A stretch of 64,000 bases of DNA from assembly GCF_963506605.1 (NCBI RefSeq), contig NC_083284.1:69378001-69442000 (forward strand), read 5' to 3'. The notes below the pieces were generated by a model. The model made no database searches. It was not told the DNA's origin and worked only from the letters and a program-made list of their open reading frames with translations. How positions within the stretch are numbered: the stretch's first letter is position 1; every line of letters begins with the position of its first letter. Source of the stretch: Zootoca vivipara (taxonomy: Eukaryota). Below are positions 12,137 through 25,270 of this stretch, in pieces. The position numbers and the translations under genes were made by a program.

Positions 12137-13182
12137 TATAAGCAGATTATAGCCAATACATGTAGCGTAAATCTATGATTACTTGGCAATGCACATCTTG
12201 CAAACTCAAAGACTGATAATTGATCGCACTTCTGTGAAGAAAATTGTTTTTTCGTCGTACGGTTACTGAGGTGCAATAAATACCACTGCTTGCCGTGAAC
12301 ATTCGCACAATTGCTGTCAGAAGAACACTGTTACTTGGAATGCTTTTTATAAATATTCTCAATGAAAAGGGCGAACAGTGGCATACTGTGACTGGCTCTG
12401 GCCAAATTTCTACACTGGAAAGGCTTTTCTTAATTCTTATGATACTTCTTTGTGTGTGTGTGGGGGGGGAAATATAGTAGTATATATATAGTAGTATAGC
12501 TCACTCATGTGGGGTAATTAATAAAAGAATTGGCTGGATCCCTAGATCCAAAATACGGGGCTAAACACACACAAGCAAAAGCCCCCAGCAAAGTTTAAAA
12601 AGTCACAAGCAGCAGTGTAGCATGGGGATTGAGGCTACCACTTAATATTAATATTCAGAATTCCTAAGCGGTATAGCCTTGCTTGCACAGGTTGGCACAT
12701 TACCTGCTTGTAGATGTCCCAAGTCCATTGAGAGGGATGAATGGGTTTATGCTTTAGAATACTAGCAGTGATTCTTCAGGTGACGTTTGTGCTGAATAAT
12801 TTGGATCCTTCTAATCAAGGGTCCATGTTGCACGCAGCCCCGGGACTCCCCCCCCCCAACCGGCTTTGCCCCACTCCGCGACGGTGGTGCCACCATCACG
12901 CTCTTAGCCAATTAGCATGGTGGGGTGATTGGGGCTTTATTATTTAAACGGCAGCGGGCCGTGGGGAACCCCTCTTGCGTCGCGCTGCCGAACACCCACC
13001 CACCCATTGATAGGCTGGCATTTGGCCTTGCTTTGGACTTCGGTTGGTCGCCCGTTTTGGAATGGGGGCCGAGTAGGAATTTTTCCCAATGTGGCCGATT
13101 GGCAGTAGCCATTTGGTTTTTGCCTACCTCTTAGCAATCGTCACAACTTTGTAAGGTTTGGCGGTTAGGTATTGGTTTAGGG

Positions 13183-13318
13183 CAGGCATCCCCAAACTTC
13201 GGTCCTCCAGATGTTTTCTACTACAATTCCCATCATCCCTGACCACTGGTCCTGTTAGCGAGGGATCATGGGAGTTGTAGGCCAAAACATCTGGAGGGCC
13301 ACAGTTTGGGGATGCCTG
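13183..13318. mobile_element. 136-bp palindromic hAT-Charlie MITE
   Basis: TIR CAGGCATCCCCAAACT; TSD GTTTAGGG. Confidence 0.92.
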
Positions 13319-13575
13319 GTTTAGGGGAATGTGGGGAGGGGAGGGGCGGCCATCACCTGCCCCTCCATTTGATAGGGTATTCCCTTAAAGGAATCCGGGG
13401 GTCTGCCTCTCGTCCGAAGACCGGGGAGGGGCTAGGGCCATGCCAGGAACCCCACGAACCCCAGGGGTGAGCACCAGTCATTGGTCATTTATTGGAGCGC
13501 CCTCTGCTGATAGTTTACCCTTTGTAGGCTCCCTGCTGGGTTATAGTTATAGTCATTAGATACCAATGCCTAAGC

Positions 13576-13815
13576 CAGGGGTTAACAAACTAAGGCCCGG
13601 GGGCCGGATCGCCTTCTAAATCCGGCCCGCAGACGGTCTGGAAATCAGCATGTTTTTACATGAGTAGAATGTGTCCTTTTATTTAAAATGCATCTCTGGG
13701 TTATTTGTGGGGCATAGGAATTTGTTCATATTTGTTTTCAAAATATAGTCCGGCCCCCCAAAAGGTCTTAGGGACAGTGGACCGTCCCCCTGCTGAAAAA
13801 GTTTGCTGACCCCTG
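13576..13815. mobile_element. hAT-Charlie MITE
   Basis: TIR CAGGGGTTAACAAACT / AGTTTGCTGACCCCTG; TSD GCCTAAGC. Confidence 0.9.
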
Positions 13816-14408
13816 GCCTAAGCCAATATGTCATACTTGTGTATTCAATAAAGTTGTGGCCTAAATTTGCCTATTAACCTTTAAAGTAAATTCGGTGTCC
13901 ATTACATGAGGGTGGGTTTCGGGGCTTGACGCACAAATTTATGTGCTATGATGCAGTGCCTCTATGCATCTGGCCTGGGAAATGTGTAATCTAACATACC
14001 AATGCAGCTTGGGTGCCAGGCTGCTGTCTAGAAAGATCTGGCGAATTGCCTGGTTTTGCCCCTTAACCTGGGTCTGCATAAATAGGAGGTTTGACAAACC
14101 GCAGCCGTCGCCGCAGCCGTCGCCACCCCAGCTGCCCCAGGAGAAGAGGAAAAGGAGGGAGGCCCCCCCAGGTGAGGGAAAAAGGGAAAGATAGGGAGGA
14201 GAGGGCCCCTCGCCACCCCCCAACCCAGGTGAGAGCGCCTGGTGGGTCCGCCTGGCTACCGCGCAGCAGTTCTTCAGTGGCATGCTTTACATCTCCCCTC
14301 CAAACTAAACTAAATATAGGGCGGCACAGAGTTGGTGTGCCGCGGGATTTTTTTTCATAGAATAAGTGTGCCGTGGCCCAAAAAAGGTTGAGAAACACTG
14401 ATCTAGAC

Positions 14409-14546
14409 CAGTGTTTCTCAACCAGTGTGCCTCCAGATGTTTTGGGACTACAACTCCTATCATTCCTGACCACTGGTCTTCCTAGCTAGGGATGATGGGA
14501 GTTGTAGTCCCAAAACATCTGGAGGCACACTGGTTGAGAAACACTG
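14409..14546. mobile_element. Palindromic hAT-Charlie MITE
   Basis: TIR CAGTGTTTCTCAACC; TSD ATCTAGAC. Confidence 0.9.
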
Positions 14547-15039
14547 ATCTAGACAATCCCGATCAGCTTTCGGTAGTTCTCGTCTCAAAGACTGCAATTA
14601 TGTCTGGGTCAGAAGAACAGCCTGAAGGCCTAAAGCTTCATTGTAGCTGCAAAGATCTGATCTCATTAGACATTTGCTGACAAGTGAACAAATTTGGCCT
14701 TCTGGGGATCTCTTGAGGACTGGCATAGTTTATGAGAAATGAAACAAGTTGTGTGCTCCAGAACGGCATCATGTGATATTTGTTCTTATGAGGAGATATT
14801 CTCACCCCGAGGGTCCTTTGAGAATGTTCAGTGTTATGGGCTTGATTACTAAAGCAAAATGAATACTTTTAGTTTCTTTTCCACATTTTCTCAAGCAATT
14901 TTCTCAGAGTGGCCAGCCAGATGCCTCCAGGAATCGTAGAACTGTAAAGTTGGAAGGCATCCCAAAGATTATCTGGCCCGACTTCCTGAAATGCAGGAAT
15001 ATGCAACTGTCCCATACAGTGATCGAACTGCAACCTTGG

Positions 15040-15629
15040 GTTTTAGTAAAGCAAACAGTCTAATTTGTCAGCACCTAAATGATATTGAGCGTCAGAACAA
15101 CTTGGCCACAATAAGGAAATTTTGCCCATTGTATGACTATTTCCCACCTTCCTATTTCGACTCTCTGGCACCCTATCTGCATAACAGATAAAATATAGGC
15201 ACGCTTTTACTCTCGCAAGATTGAATATGTTGCCCTTGGCTGTACTTGAGGGATGATTCCAACAGATTCCACACGAAAAATACTTATGGCCCTGTGGAGA
15301 TGGCAGCACCGAATCGGTGGCGCATGTCCTGCTGGCTTGCACTCTTTATAAAGACTTGAGGAATTAGATCACCCCTCTTTTAATGTCCATTCTGGTTCGC
15401 TCAACCACTGCCCCAGTGTCCTTTCTCTTGTCAGATCAAGATGAGCAGGTAGCAAGGTTTTTAGCTGGGGCAATCAGAATAAGATCCACTATTGATTCAA
15501 AACCCTAAAAAGTATTTTATTTTAATTGACTTTTTATTTCTATTCTTTGTATATCGTATTGTTGTTTTAATTGCTATGGCTGATGGCTGACACAAATAAA
15601 GATTCATTCATTCATTCATTCATTCATTC
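15040..15629 (+). mobile_element. Old non-LTR retrotransposon 3' end with C-terminal zinc-knuckle remnant and (ATTC)n tail; clade uncertain
   Basis: AFTLARLNMLPLAVLEG*..PCGDGSTESVAHVLLACTLYKDLR, then AATAAA and (ATTC)n. Confidence 0.65.
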
Positions 15630-15643
15630 CTGCAACCTTGGCA

Positions 15644-15909
15644 CATACCTGCCAAGTTGCTGTCAGAGAAATAAGGGCCCGGGCAGGAAATAGCAGACCG
15701 GAAGTAGTGCTGCTGCCATTTTGGAACTGGGCGGAGCATGCTCAGAAGTGACTTTTGATGCTGCTTTGCCCAGTTCCAAAATGGCCGCCGTGCCAGAAGT
15801 CGCCACGCCAGAATAAACCGGGGGAAAACAAAAAAATCCGTTTTTTTCAGCTAGGAACAGCTGGAAAAACGGGGGTTTCCCGGGGGAAATGGGAGACTTG
15901 GCAGCTATG
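15644..15909. mobile_element. hAT MITE (CATAGCTGCCAAGT TIR family)
   Basis: TSD CCTTGGCA. Confidence 0.88.
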
Positions 15910-17190
15910 CCTTGGCATTATCAGCACCATGCTGAATATGGCATTATCAGCACCATGAGCTAATTTGATTTGTGACTCAACTCCTGGCAATTTCATTGGT
16001 GTAAAGGGACTTTAAAAAACAAGGCCCAGAAAACCCCCACCTCTTTTGCTGTATTCCCACAACTAGCATAGAAGTTAGGTGTGGTTCATATATGCTTATA
16101 CATCATTTATCTTCTTCATTTGTGGTATGTGGGACTATATAGTGCTTTATCTAGGCAGCCAGGGCTCCCCCGGATGACAATACCTTTTTGTACCAGGTCA
16201 GTGAGGACCATAGCTGCCAAGTTGTACACCAACAGGGTAGGGTTTATGGCCACATCCTACCATCCTTTGTAACTAAAGAGTATGATTAACGTAAAATAAA
16301 AGTTTGCAGCTGATAAAAATAAATATTTCAGTTTTGGTATCGTGGACTTGCGGGGGTCAGTAATTGCCCGCTATTGGTGTGAGGCTTTTTTTTTTTTAAG
16401 GAAAAAAAATTATTGATTTAAAATGGCTTGTACAAACCCAAGGGCTTGGTTTCCCCCCCAGACCTGTTAATTTCAGCCTGCAGAGTGAATTGCAAGCGGT
16501 CATTCTGATTAACTACCAAATCTCCTTAATTATAGTATTTGGTTTGCTTAAAGCAAAAATGTGCACTGATCTCAGCAATTATACTATAATTTCAACAGCA
16601 ATCGTTTCCTCAAAGTCTGAACTGGAAAAGGCTTGTGGAGGAAAATGAAGATTGATTATTTTATGAAGTGAAATCTTTTGCTGCTTTGCATGAATGCTGT
16701 GAGCCCCGATCCATTATGTGTCAAGCACCCTGACAGCCTCAGATCACAAGTTATAAATGCTCCAAATTATTCTGTTATTAGGATGTAGCGTCGAGTCATT
16801 TTCCTAAGAGCTCCTGCTCAAAGAGCCAAATTAATGCATTTTCATTGATATCCCCAGTATGTGCAATAATGTGGTTATGAAGAGGTAAGACCAATCATGA
16901 TGGGTTTTCTCCAACTTTCTCTAATTACCTGTGCTTGATTCAATTATGCTGCATGCCATAATTATTATTTTTTTTAAAAAAAAACCTATCTGCTGTTATC
17001 AGGTGGGAGAGGTTAGAGAGCTATTCATTTAATACCCTGACAGCTTAAGGGGAATTACCGTATTTCTTGCATTCTTATTTCTGTTGTGCTTATTCCTCAG
17101 CCAAGTTAAAGAATTAAGGAGTGCTTTTATTGCTCGCTACAATATAAACATTGGGATATATATGTGGGTGGGGGGTGTAACACTCTATAA

Positions 17191-17325
17191 CAGGCATCCC
17201 CAAACTGCGGCCCTCCAGATGTTTTGGCCTACAACTCCCATGATCCCTAGCTAACAGGACCAGTGGTCAGGGAAGATGGGAATTGTAGTCCAAAACATCT
17301 GGAGGGTCGAAGTTTGGGATGGCTG
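17191..17325. mobile_element. Palindromic hAT-Charlie MITE (same family as 13183)
   Basis: TSD CTCTATAA. Confidence 0.9.
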
Positions 17326-18062
17326 CTCTATAACACATGGGGTGCAGATTTTAACTGATTCTAAGAATCATAGAATTGTTGAGTTGGAAGCAGCAACGTC
17401 TTAAGGGTATCCAGCGCCGTGGTGCAAAAATCCTCCGGCGCCCCCCCCCCCACGGCGGCAGTAGCGTGCGGCCATTGAGCTTCCTCTCCTCGTCTTCTTG
17501 CCCATGAAGCAGAATGAGCGAGACTCTTGCCTGGAGCGGCAGCAGGCGCATGGCGCCACTCTAGGCAGGAGTCTCGCTGATTCTGCTTCATGGGCAAGAA
17601 GAGGAGGAGACACCAGCCCGTGAAGCAGAATCATGAAGCAGATTGGCGCCCCTTCCGCACCCCTGGGACCCCAAAGTCATCAAGCCCAGTGTTTCCCAAC
17701 CTTTTTCCAACTGTGGCTCCCTTCTGACCTTGTTTTCTTCCTGTGGCCCCCCAAGGGCATAGCCAAATAAGTAAAAATCAATAAAAATCAATACAAATAT
17801 GAGATCCACCCCCCCTCCCGGAACAAAAGCTTGCCCTCCTAACAAAAATCCTGGCTATGCCCATGCCCCTCCCCATTGTACTGGTAGAAAGGTAGCTATT
17901 TAAATGTTTTGTTTGTAAATAGAACCTGTTTTATTTATATATTTTTATAATTTGTACAAAATACAATTACATAAAATGATAGGAACATAATGAAATATTG
18001 TTGAAGCAGAAAAACATAGAATCGTCGAGCTGGAAGGGGCCCCAAGGGTCATCTTTCTAGTG

Positions 18063-18198
18063 CAGGCACCCAAAACTTCGGTCCTCCAGATGTTTTGGAC
18101 TACAATTCCCATCATCCCTGACCACTGGTCCTGTTAGCTAGGGATCATGGGAGTTGTAGGCCAAAATATCTGGAGGGCCGCAGTTTGGGGGATGCCTG
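18063..18198. mobile_element. Palindromic hAT-Charlie MITE nested in an old CR1 3' end (~18016-18320)
   Basis: TSD TTCTAGTG / TTATAGTG. Confidence 0.88.
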
Positions 18199-19399
18199 TT
18201 ATAGTGCAACCCCCTGCAATGTAGAAAACTCAGCTAAAGCATCTGTGACAGATGGCCATCCAACCTCTGCTTCGAAACCTCCGAGGAAGGAGAGTCCAGA
18301 ACCTCCCAAGGGAGACCCATCTTCCATGTATTCTAAAAAGTAAGCAACACTTATTTGACCCCAGTTATTTGACACAGAGGGAGAAACCTACAGATACAGT
18401 CCAAAAGGCGCACTGGGAGTTCTGTATATATGGGATAATTTCAAAAAGCAAGTGGTCCTCACCATAGCTGCCAAGTTTTCCCTTTTCTCGCGAGGAAGCC
18501 TATTCAGCATAAGGGAAAATCCCTTTAATAAGGGAAAGCCTATTCAGCATAAGGGAAAATCCCTTTAAATGAATTTATCATGCAAATTCATTTAAATCTA
18601 ATTGGTCGGTTAAAATGGCTGGTGATTTATCAACTAAATCTTTAATAGGTTGACAATGCTACTTTTGACAGTTCTTCGAAGTTCCCTATATCTTTGATGT
18701 CCATCAGTGTGCAAAATGAGGGTTCTTTCATTTTAAACTTTGTGTCATCTCTAGTGCAATGGGAGTTGATGATTAAGCATTTGAGGACATACAGAGTTTG
18801 AGTAGTCAAATTGGCTGGAACCTAGAAAAATAAGAAGTTTGCTCTGGGCAAACTATTTTTTAAAGTAGATTCTCTTTCATCTTCTTTTACTGTTAGGTTT
18901 CTATTTTTAAAAGATGAAATCCTATCTTGTCCTGGAAGTTCATGATCCCATAACAGAGACTGTGAGTAGAAGCAATATTCTTAGCTGTAATGAAGTGGCT
19001 AAAGTTTTTCCCTAAAGAAAAAAGCCTGATTCTGTTCTTTTTCTTTTCATTTAAGCACCAAACTGGTTTTTATTATTATCTTGTTATATTATTGTGTCCC
19101 CAGTTCCTATTTCTACACAATCTACTTGGTGACCTCAGAGCCGAGAACCTCTGACTATTGTAGTTATTGTCAGAATTATCTGGTTATATAAAATATCAAG
19201 AAGATAAACACAAGAAAGTTCAAAAAATCTGCTTGCAATAACATGCTAATATTGCATAGCATGCAAGAGCTCCGGAAGAGGTGCGCCCTTTCTGCTGAAC
19301 CCTATCTTCCAGATATCAATTCATAACCACAATACTCTACAGTAATTGAATTACTTCTGTTGTTGATCATAGCTCAAATCCTGCTCGTGAATTCATCGT

Positions 19400-19570
19400 A
19401 CTATAATAGTTCTTTAAATAGACTGAAAAAGGCATCCATTCTTCCATAAAACAGCCATCATTAGATTCTCTTCATTTTTCTGTTAATTTTGCCAGTTTTG
19501 CAAGGTCTGTTATCTTCCTTATCCATTCTTCATTGGCTGGAACTTCATCTTCCTTTCATTTCTGCACTTA
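19400..19570 (-). mobile_element. Degraded L1/Tx1-like ORF2 C-terminal fragment
   Basis: VQK*KEDEVPANEEWIRKITDLAKLAKLT..EEWMPF. Confidence 0.5.
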
Positions 19571-19689
19571 GAAAACCGTAGCTAATTATTTTTATTTTTT
19601 ATTTTATTTAAAACACTCATATACCAACTGTCATTAAAATATATCACAGTGGTTTACAATAGTATAAAAAACCATAAAAAACATAATAA

Positions 19690-19728
<39 letters not shown>

Positions 19729-20683
19729 TATACCCCGCCCATCTGGCCGGGTCTCCCTAGCCACTCTGGGCGGCTTCCAACAAAAGAATAAAACACAATA
19801 ATCTATTAAACATTAAAAGCCTCCCTGAACAGGGCTGCCTTCAGATGTCTTCTAAAAGTCTGGTAGTTGTTTTTCTCTTTGACATCTGAAGGGAGGGCGT
19901 TCCACAGGGCAGGCGCCACCACCAAGAAGGCCCTCTGCCTAGTTCCCTGCAACTTGGCTTCTCGCAACGAGGGAACCGCCAGAAGGCCCTCGGTGCTGGA
20001 CCTCAGTGTCCGGGCAGAATGATGGAGGTGGAGACTCCATCCTAAGAAAGTTTAAAGAAAAATAAAAAAGAAAGAAATTGGAAACAAACATCAATAGGTC
20101 ATTGTGTATTTGTCTGCATAGGGCTTGTGAAAAAGAAAAGTTTCCAGCAAGCGTTTAAAAGTTGGCAGAGAAGGTGCCCACTGAATTACACTAAAGACTT
20201 GATTACACTAAAGACTCGATTTCTCCTTGTTGTTAATTGAGCCTCGCCAACTTGGAGAGTGACCAAATACACCTCTGTAGGTGCTCTCAGGGATCAAGTT
20301 GGACTATAAGGGCTCAGGTGATTCTGAGGTATCCTGGACCCACGAAGTTCAGAGCTTTGTAAATCAACTGAAGAACCATGAGCCTGGCTCAGCAGCAAAT
20401 AGGAAGCCAGTACAGGTGATCACACTGGCAGTTTCTGCTGCTGCATTCACAATGCACTGACTTCTTGTCTGCGCCACCCTTCGCAATCTCAGTAAATTGC
20501 TGTAACTCCCATGCCAGGAGGCTAGATAAGTGCAGCCATCTATCGCCACAAGCTGCTCCTGCATAAAGCTTTAATCCAGACAAGCCAGAGAGATTACTGG
20601 TCAGTCAACAGGCAGAACAGGAAACAGGGATTCACATACCCTCCATCATTCCTCTGATGACAATATCTATCTATCTATCTATC

Positions 20684-20714
<31 letters not shown>

Positions 20715-22330
20715 AATAATATACCGCCCTATACCCGGGGGTCTCAGGGCAATTCACAGAATAAAATCAAGATATAAAACCATAAAATACCTAATAAAAA
20801 TAAAAACAACAACCCAATAGTCCCCCCCCCCCAAAAAAACCCCACATTTTAAAAGGGCATAGGATGTAAATTGGTTCAACCAAAGGCCTGGTTAAAAAGG
20901 AACGCTTTTGCCTGGCGCCTAAAGGCGTATAATGAGGACACTAGGTGAACTTCCCTGGGGAGAGCATTCCACAGACGGGGAGCCACTGCAGAGAAGGCCC
21001 ATCCTCGTTTTGCCACCCTCCGGATGGCAAGATGATCTCAGGGTCCGGGTAGGTTTATATGGGAAGAGGAGGTCCTTAAGGTATTGCAATCCTTTTATTA
21101 TTTATATCCCGCCTATTTGACTGGGTTGCCCCAGCCACTCTGGGCAGCTTCCAACACATATAAAACATGATTAAACATTAAACATTTTTTTTAAAAAACC
21201 TTCTCTATATAGGGCTGCTTCAGATATCTTCTAAAGGTTGTATCTCTTTGGCTTGGGCATCGCATAGCTCCATCCCCGCCAACATTTCTCTAGTGAAAAT
21301 AGGGATGTCCTGTGGAAAAGCAGGACATTCCGGGATCAAATCAGAAACTGGGATGGTTTCTGTAAATCGGGGACTGTCCCTGGAAAACAGGGACAGCTTC
21401 TTGGTCCAAACTTTGGTGACGAACATTCCTTGTACCCCTTCTGTTACTAGCTTGTGAAATAACATGTAATAATGACATATGGGTCCTTTATAAGTAACTA
21501 AAGAGAATATTTTGAAAGCCCTGCATGGTGAAATGCTCTTGTACCTGAACTCTCATGCCTGAAGTCATAACTTTCTCCAACGCTGTCTGAGGAGTTGAAA
21601 TTTTAACACACCTGATGGAGGATTTCATTTTATAATAACAATAAGTATTATTATTTTATTTATATGCCACCCATCTGACTGGGTTGCCCCAGCTACTCTG
21701 GGAGGCTCCCAACAAAATATTAAAAGCACAATAAAACACCAGTAATAAAAAATTTCCCTGAACAGGGATGCCTTCGGATGTCTTCTAAAAGTCAAATATC
21801 TCTTTGGCATCTGATGGGAGGCCCTCTGCCTGGTTCCCTGTAACCTCACTTGTCGCAGAGAGGGAACCGCCAGAAGGCCCTCAGAGCTGGACCTCAGTGT
21901 CCGGGCTGAATGACGGGGGTGGAGACGCTCCTTCAGGTATACTGGGCCAAGGCCATTTAGGGCTTTAAAGGCTTTGAATCACGCTCAGAAACTCACTGGA
22001 AGCCAGGATAGATCCTTTAGGACCAGCGTTGTGTGGTCCCAGGAGCCGCTCCCGATCACCTGCCTAGCTGCCGCATTCTGGATGAGTTGTAGTTTCTGTG
22101 TCACCTTCAAAAGTAGCATTGCAGTAGTCTAAACCAGAACATGCGCCACTCTGGCGAGACAATCTGCAGACAGGTAGGGTCTCACTCAGCCTGCGTACCA
22201 GATGGAGCTGGTAGACAGCTGCCCTGGACGCAGAATCGACCTGCGCCTTCATGGACAGCTGAGAGTCCAAAATGACTCCCAGGCTGCACACCTGGTCCTT
22301 CAGGGGCACAGTTACCCCATTCAGGACCAA
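19690..22330 (-). mobile_element. Cluster of 5'-truncated L2 LINE 3' ends (19690-20040, 20090-20560, 20670-21085, 21095-21245, 21648-22330)
   Basis: Repeated (TTA)n-TACCCCGCCCATCTG..CCAGCCACTCTGGG tails; DQVCSLGVILDSQL..LDYCNA ORF2 remnants. Confidence 0.8.
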
Positions 22331-22815
22331 GGAGTATGTAGGGTTTTGATATGTAGGGATGTGTATCTAGACTCCCCCAATTGTTTAGATACTGCTTGCT
22401 GCTCAGTAGCTTCAGTTAGGAAGTTTTTTCTCATTTAAGGCACACTGGGTGCTATTTTCATGTACCGTATGTCTGATGAAGTCATATCTTGAATGTGTGT
22501 CTGGGCTTCCCTTCTGCTTTCGAAAGCCATAGCTAAACAAACAGAAACAGCTCTGCTTCTTCGCTTTCTCTCTTAGCAACCTTATCTAGAAAACACTTGT
22601 GCCTTTCATCTTTCAGCCAATCAAAGCAGTATTTTGTTTCCCAAGAAAATGATTTCCACAACCCATTTCCTGAGAAGCTTGATATCACTTTTTGTTTCTG
22701 TTCTTGGCCACCAACCCTAGTCGCCCTTCAAAAACAGAGCCAGGTCCCATAACACCCTCAGGCACCTGACCTGATCACAAAAAAGGCATGTTCTACATAT
22801 TTTTGGTCTTCTTGA

Positions 22816-22819
<4 letters not shown>

Positions 22820-22857
<38 letters not shown>
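22820..22857. repeat. (GT)n microsatellite; others are (CT)n ~26174-26202, (GT)n ~27944-27986, (TTA)n ~42310-42358, (CAT)n ~49613-49649 and (CA)n ~60178-60213
   Basis: Direct reading. Confidence 0.95.
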
Positions 22858-22861
<4 letters not shown>

Positions 22862-22954
22862 GCCTCAAGCTGCTCTACAAACTTGATATGTAGAATTGCA
22901 TCCTAAATATGCTCAACAACCTTTGTTCTAAAATCTCAGTTATCAAAGCGGATG

Positions 22955-23387
22955 CAGTGGTACCTTGGTTCTCGAACAGCCTAGTTCACGAACAACTTAG
23001 AACCCGAACGTCGCAAACCCGGAAGTGAGCGTTCCAGTTCTCAATTTTTTGGGGGGAAGTTGAACATGTCCTGAGCTTCCGTTTTTTAGTGTTGCACTTC
23101 CATTATTAGAGAGATCACGCTGATTGGGGAGTTGAGGAGAAGCGTCCCGGCAGCATTCTGCAGTCCAGCCGCTTTGACGAGTGAGAGAGAGAGACAGAGA
23201 GATCCCGAAATATCACGCTGGTTGGGGCAGTGGGGTGAAGCATTTTAGGGGTAGTTTTTCAACAGCCTGGGATGGATTAATCCATTCTGCATTACCTTCT
23301 ATGGGAAAGCGCACCTTGGTTTTGGAATGTTTTGGTTTTGAAATGGACTTCCGGAACAGATTAAGTTCAAGAACCAAGGTACCACTG
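22955..23387. mobile_element. Tc1/mariner MITE
   Basis: CAGTGGTACCTTGGTTCT / AGAACCAAGGTACCACTG TIRs. Confidence 0.85.
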
Positions 23388-23444
23388 TGTTATAGCATGG
23401 TGCACTGTAAATCTTTTGTAAATGGTCACAGAGATCAAGGTGGG

Positions 23445-23881
23445 TGTAAGGGGGAGGGATTATAGAGAACCCCCCCTTCATCAGAAGCAGCCTGTCTCCA
23501 AGCAGTCATGAGAGCGAGGGGTCTGAAGGGGTGAGTCAGGAAACGGAGAGGGAGTGCCAGGGCTCTGGCAACACTAAAGAGCCCCTGCTCCATAGGCAGG
23601 AAGAGAGGGAGGCGGGAAGAGTGGAGAGGAATAGGTCAGACAGAAGACCCGTCCCTCCGACGCCGGAATTGAGAAAGAGGAGGAAAGGGAGGCACTTCTC
23701 AGTTCCGAGGCTTTTATGCTGGTCGCGAATGCGGAAGGAATTAGTGCAGGAATCTGACTCGAGCGGGTAGACATGAAATGAGCAATCCGTTACACTGTAA
23801 ATAATGTGCACCAATAAAAACGTCTGAAAGACAAGCATGTGGACGGTCGTTACTCAAGAGTAGTCACAACAAACCCTGACA
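23445..23881 (+). mobile_element. Solo LTR (Gypsy-like), 437 bp
   Basis: TGTAAGGG...CCCTGACA termini; AATAAA at 23813; 5-bp TSD GTGGG / GCGGG. Confidence 0.75.
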
Positions 23882-24321
23882 GCGGGGTTGAAACATGGCG
23901 GTGTGCTCCTGGCGGATGCCACTTGGGCTAGTTCTTCCAATAGTCTCCCTTTGCTCAGCAAATTATCTTTCTGGTTCCTCTTTGAACCAGGATATCAAGA
24001 TCACGCTGATCACTGCAGATATCAGCTCAACTTCTTTGAATGCAAACAGCGTAGAAGGTGCCAGGAATATAACAATGCTGCTCACATTTCACCTTGCAGT
24101 GAATATCCATACTAGGAGATGGGGGAGCTCATATGTGAATTTCCCTGCTTCTGGAGAAATAGACTTAGTACAGGCTTTGGCCCCGTTAGCAGAAGAGAAC
24201 TTTCGTAAAGTAGTTTTCGACATCTCTGTCTGGTAGTGGTAAAATCCTCGCTGTTTGCAGTCTCTTGTACAATTTGTACATGGGCATGTTATTCATATGC
24301 ATTCCTTGCCACTTTCCTTAG

Positions 24322-24391
24322 GAATGTCCCAGTGGGATTGTTAATGAAGAGACCTTCAAAGAGATTTACTCTCAGTTCTTCCCACAGGGAG
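24322..24391 (+). CDS. KCNIP4: KCNIP4 exon, EF-hand 1 region ([23 protein letters not shown])
   Basis: 70 nt, tag/gtgagt, NCS-family CPxG motif, phase compatible with neighbours. Confidence 0.97.
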
Positions 24392-24949
24392 GTGAGTACT
24401 CTGCACATAATTAGTCTTGTTTGCATGCACAACCAATTGCCATAATTGCTTTGAAATTTGGCCTAAACAGGTTGTTGTTCTAGTTAATTAAGTCTTTTAT
24501 ACTACTTAATGGGTGGACAGAAGTACTTTAGGGTTTTAATTAAAGAGTGGAAATACCTACTAGCAATATCTATTTATAAAAGCACACAGTCTGCAGTTTG
24601 TTTCCTGAGATGTACAGCTCGCTCCATCCCAAAGGCCCTGGACAAGTAACAAAAGCAATAGTTAAATTCATATATTCCCTGTCGCCCTGTTTACTAACAA
24701 AGCCTTGAGGCCCCAAAGGAGCCCAAGTAGGTAGGGTCTTGCAAAACTCAGTACTGAGCTTGGGGAAACTGCAGCAGGAGCGAGTCCTGCTTAAATCATC
24801 TGATTGGCAGTGCTTGGAAAGCCCCTGTGCAAAGCACTTCAAAGGGGGCTCATTGTCAGGTCTTGTTAAGCCCCTTTCTATCTTGTGGAGCGCTTTGAAA
24901 TAGGCTCTGCAAGCACAGGGCAAAAAAGCCCACCTGATGTTATGGTGTT

Positions 24950-25270
24950 GTCCAAACCACTGAGCCTCTTGGGCTTGCTGAACAGAACATTGGCAGTTCG
25001 AATCCCTGCAACGGGGTGAGCTCCCATTGCTCTGTCCCAGCTCCTGCCAACCTAGCAGTTTGAAAGCACACCAGTGCAAGTAGAAGGCAAATGGTGTTTT
25101 CATGCGCTCTGGTTTCGTCACAGTGTTCCGTTGCACCAGAAGCAGTTTAGTCCTGCTGACCACATGACCTGGAAAGCTGTCTGTGGACAAACACCTGCTC
25201 CCTCGGCCTGAAAGTGAGATGAGCGCCATAACCCCATAGTTGCCTTTGACTGGACTTAACTGTCCAGGGG
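24950..25270 (+). mobile_element. Older Sauria SINE subfamily copy
   Basis: Diverged match to the SINE body. Confidence 0.75.

Larger units (their letters stand above)
12826..13935 (+). mobile_element. Probable solo LTR interrupted by two hAT MITEs
   Basis: TG...CA ends with imperfect inverted termini (TGTTGCACGCAGCCCCG / CGGGGCTTGACGCACA); AATAAA at 13847; TSD unclear. Confidence 0.5.

Noticed and set aside
22470-22535. CTGATGA...CGAAAG possible hammerhead
   Set aside because: No supporting stems I-III
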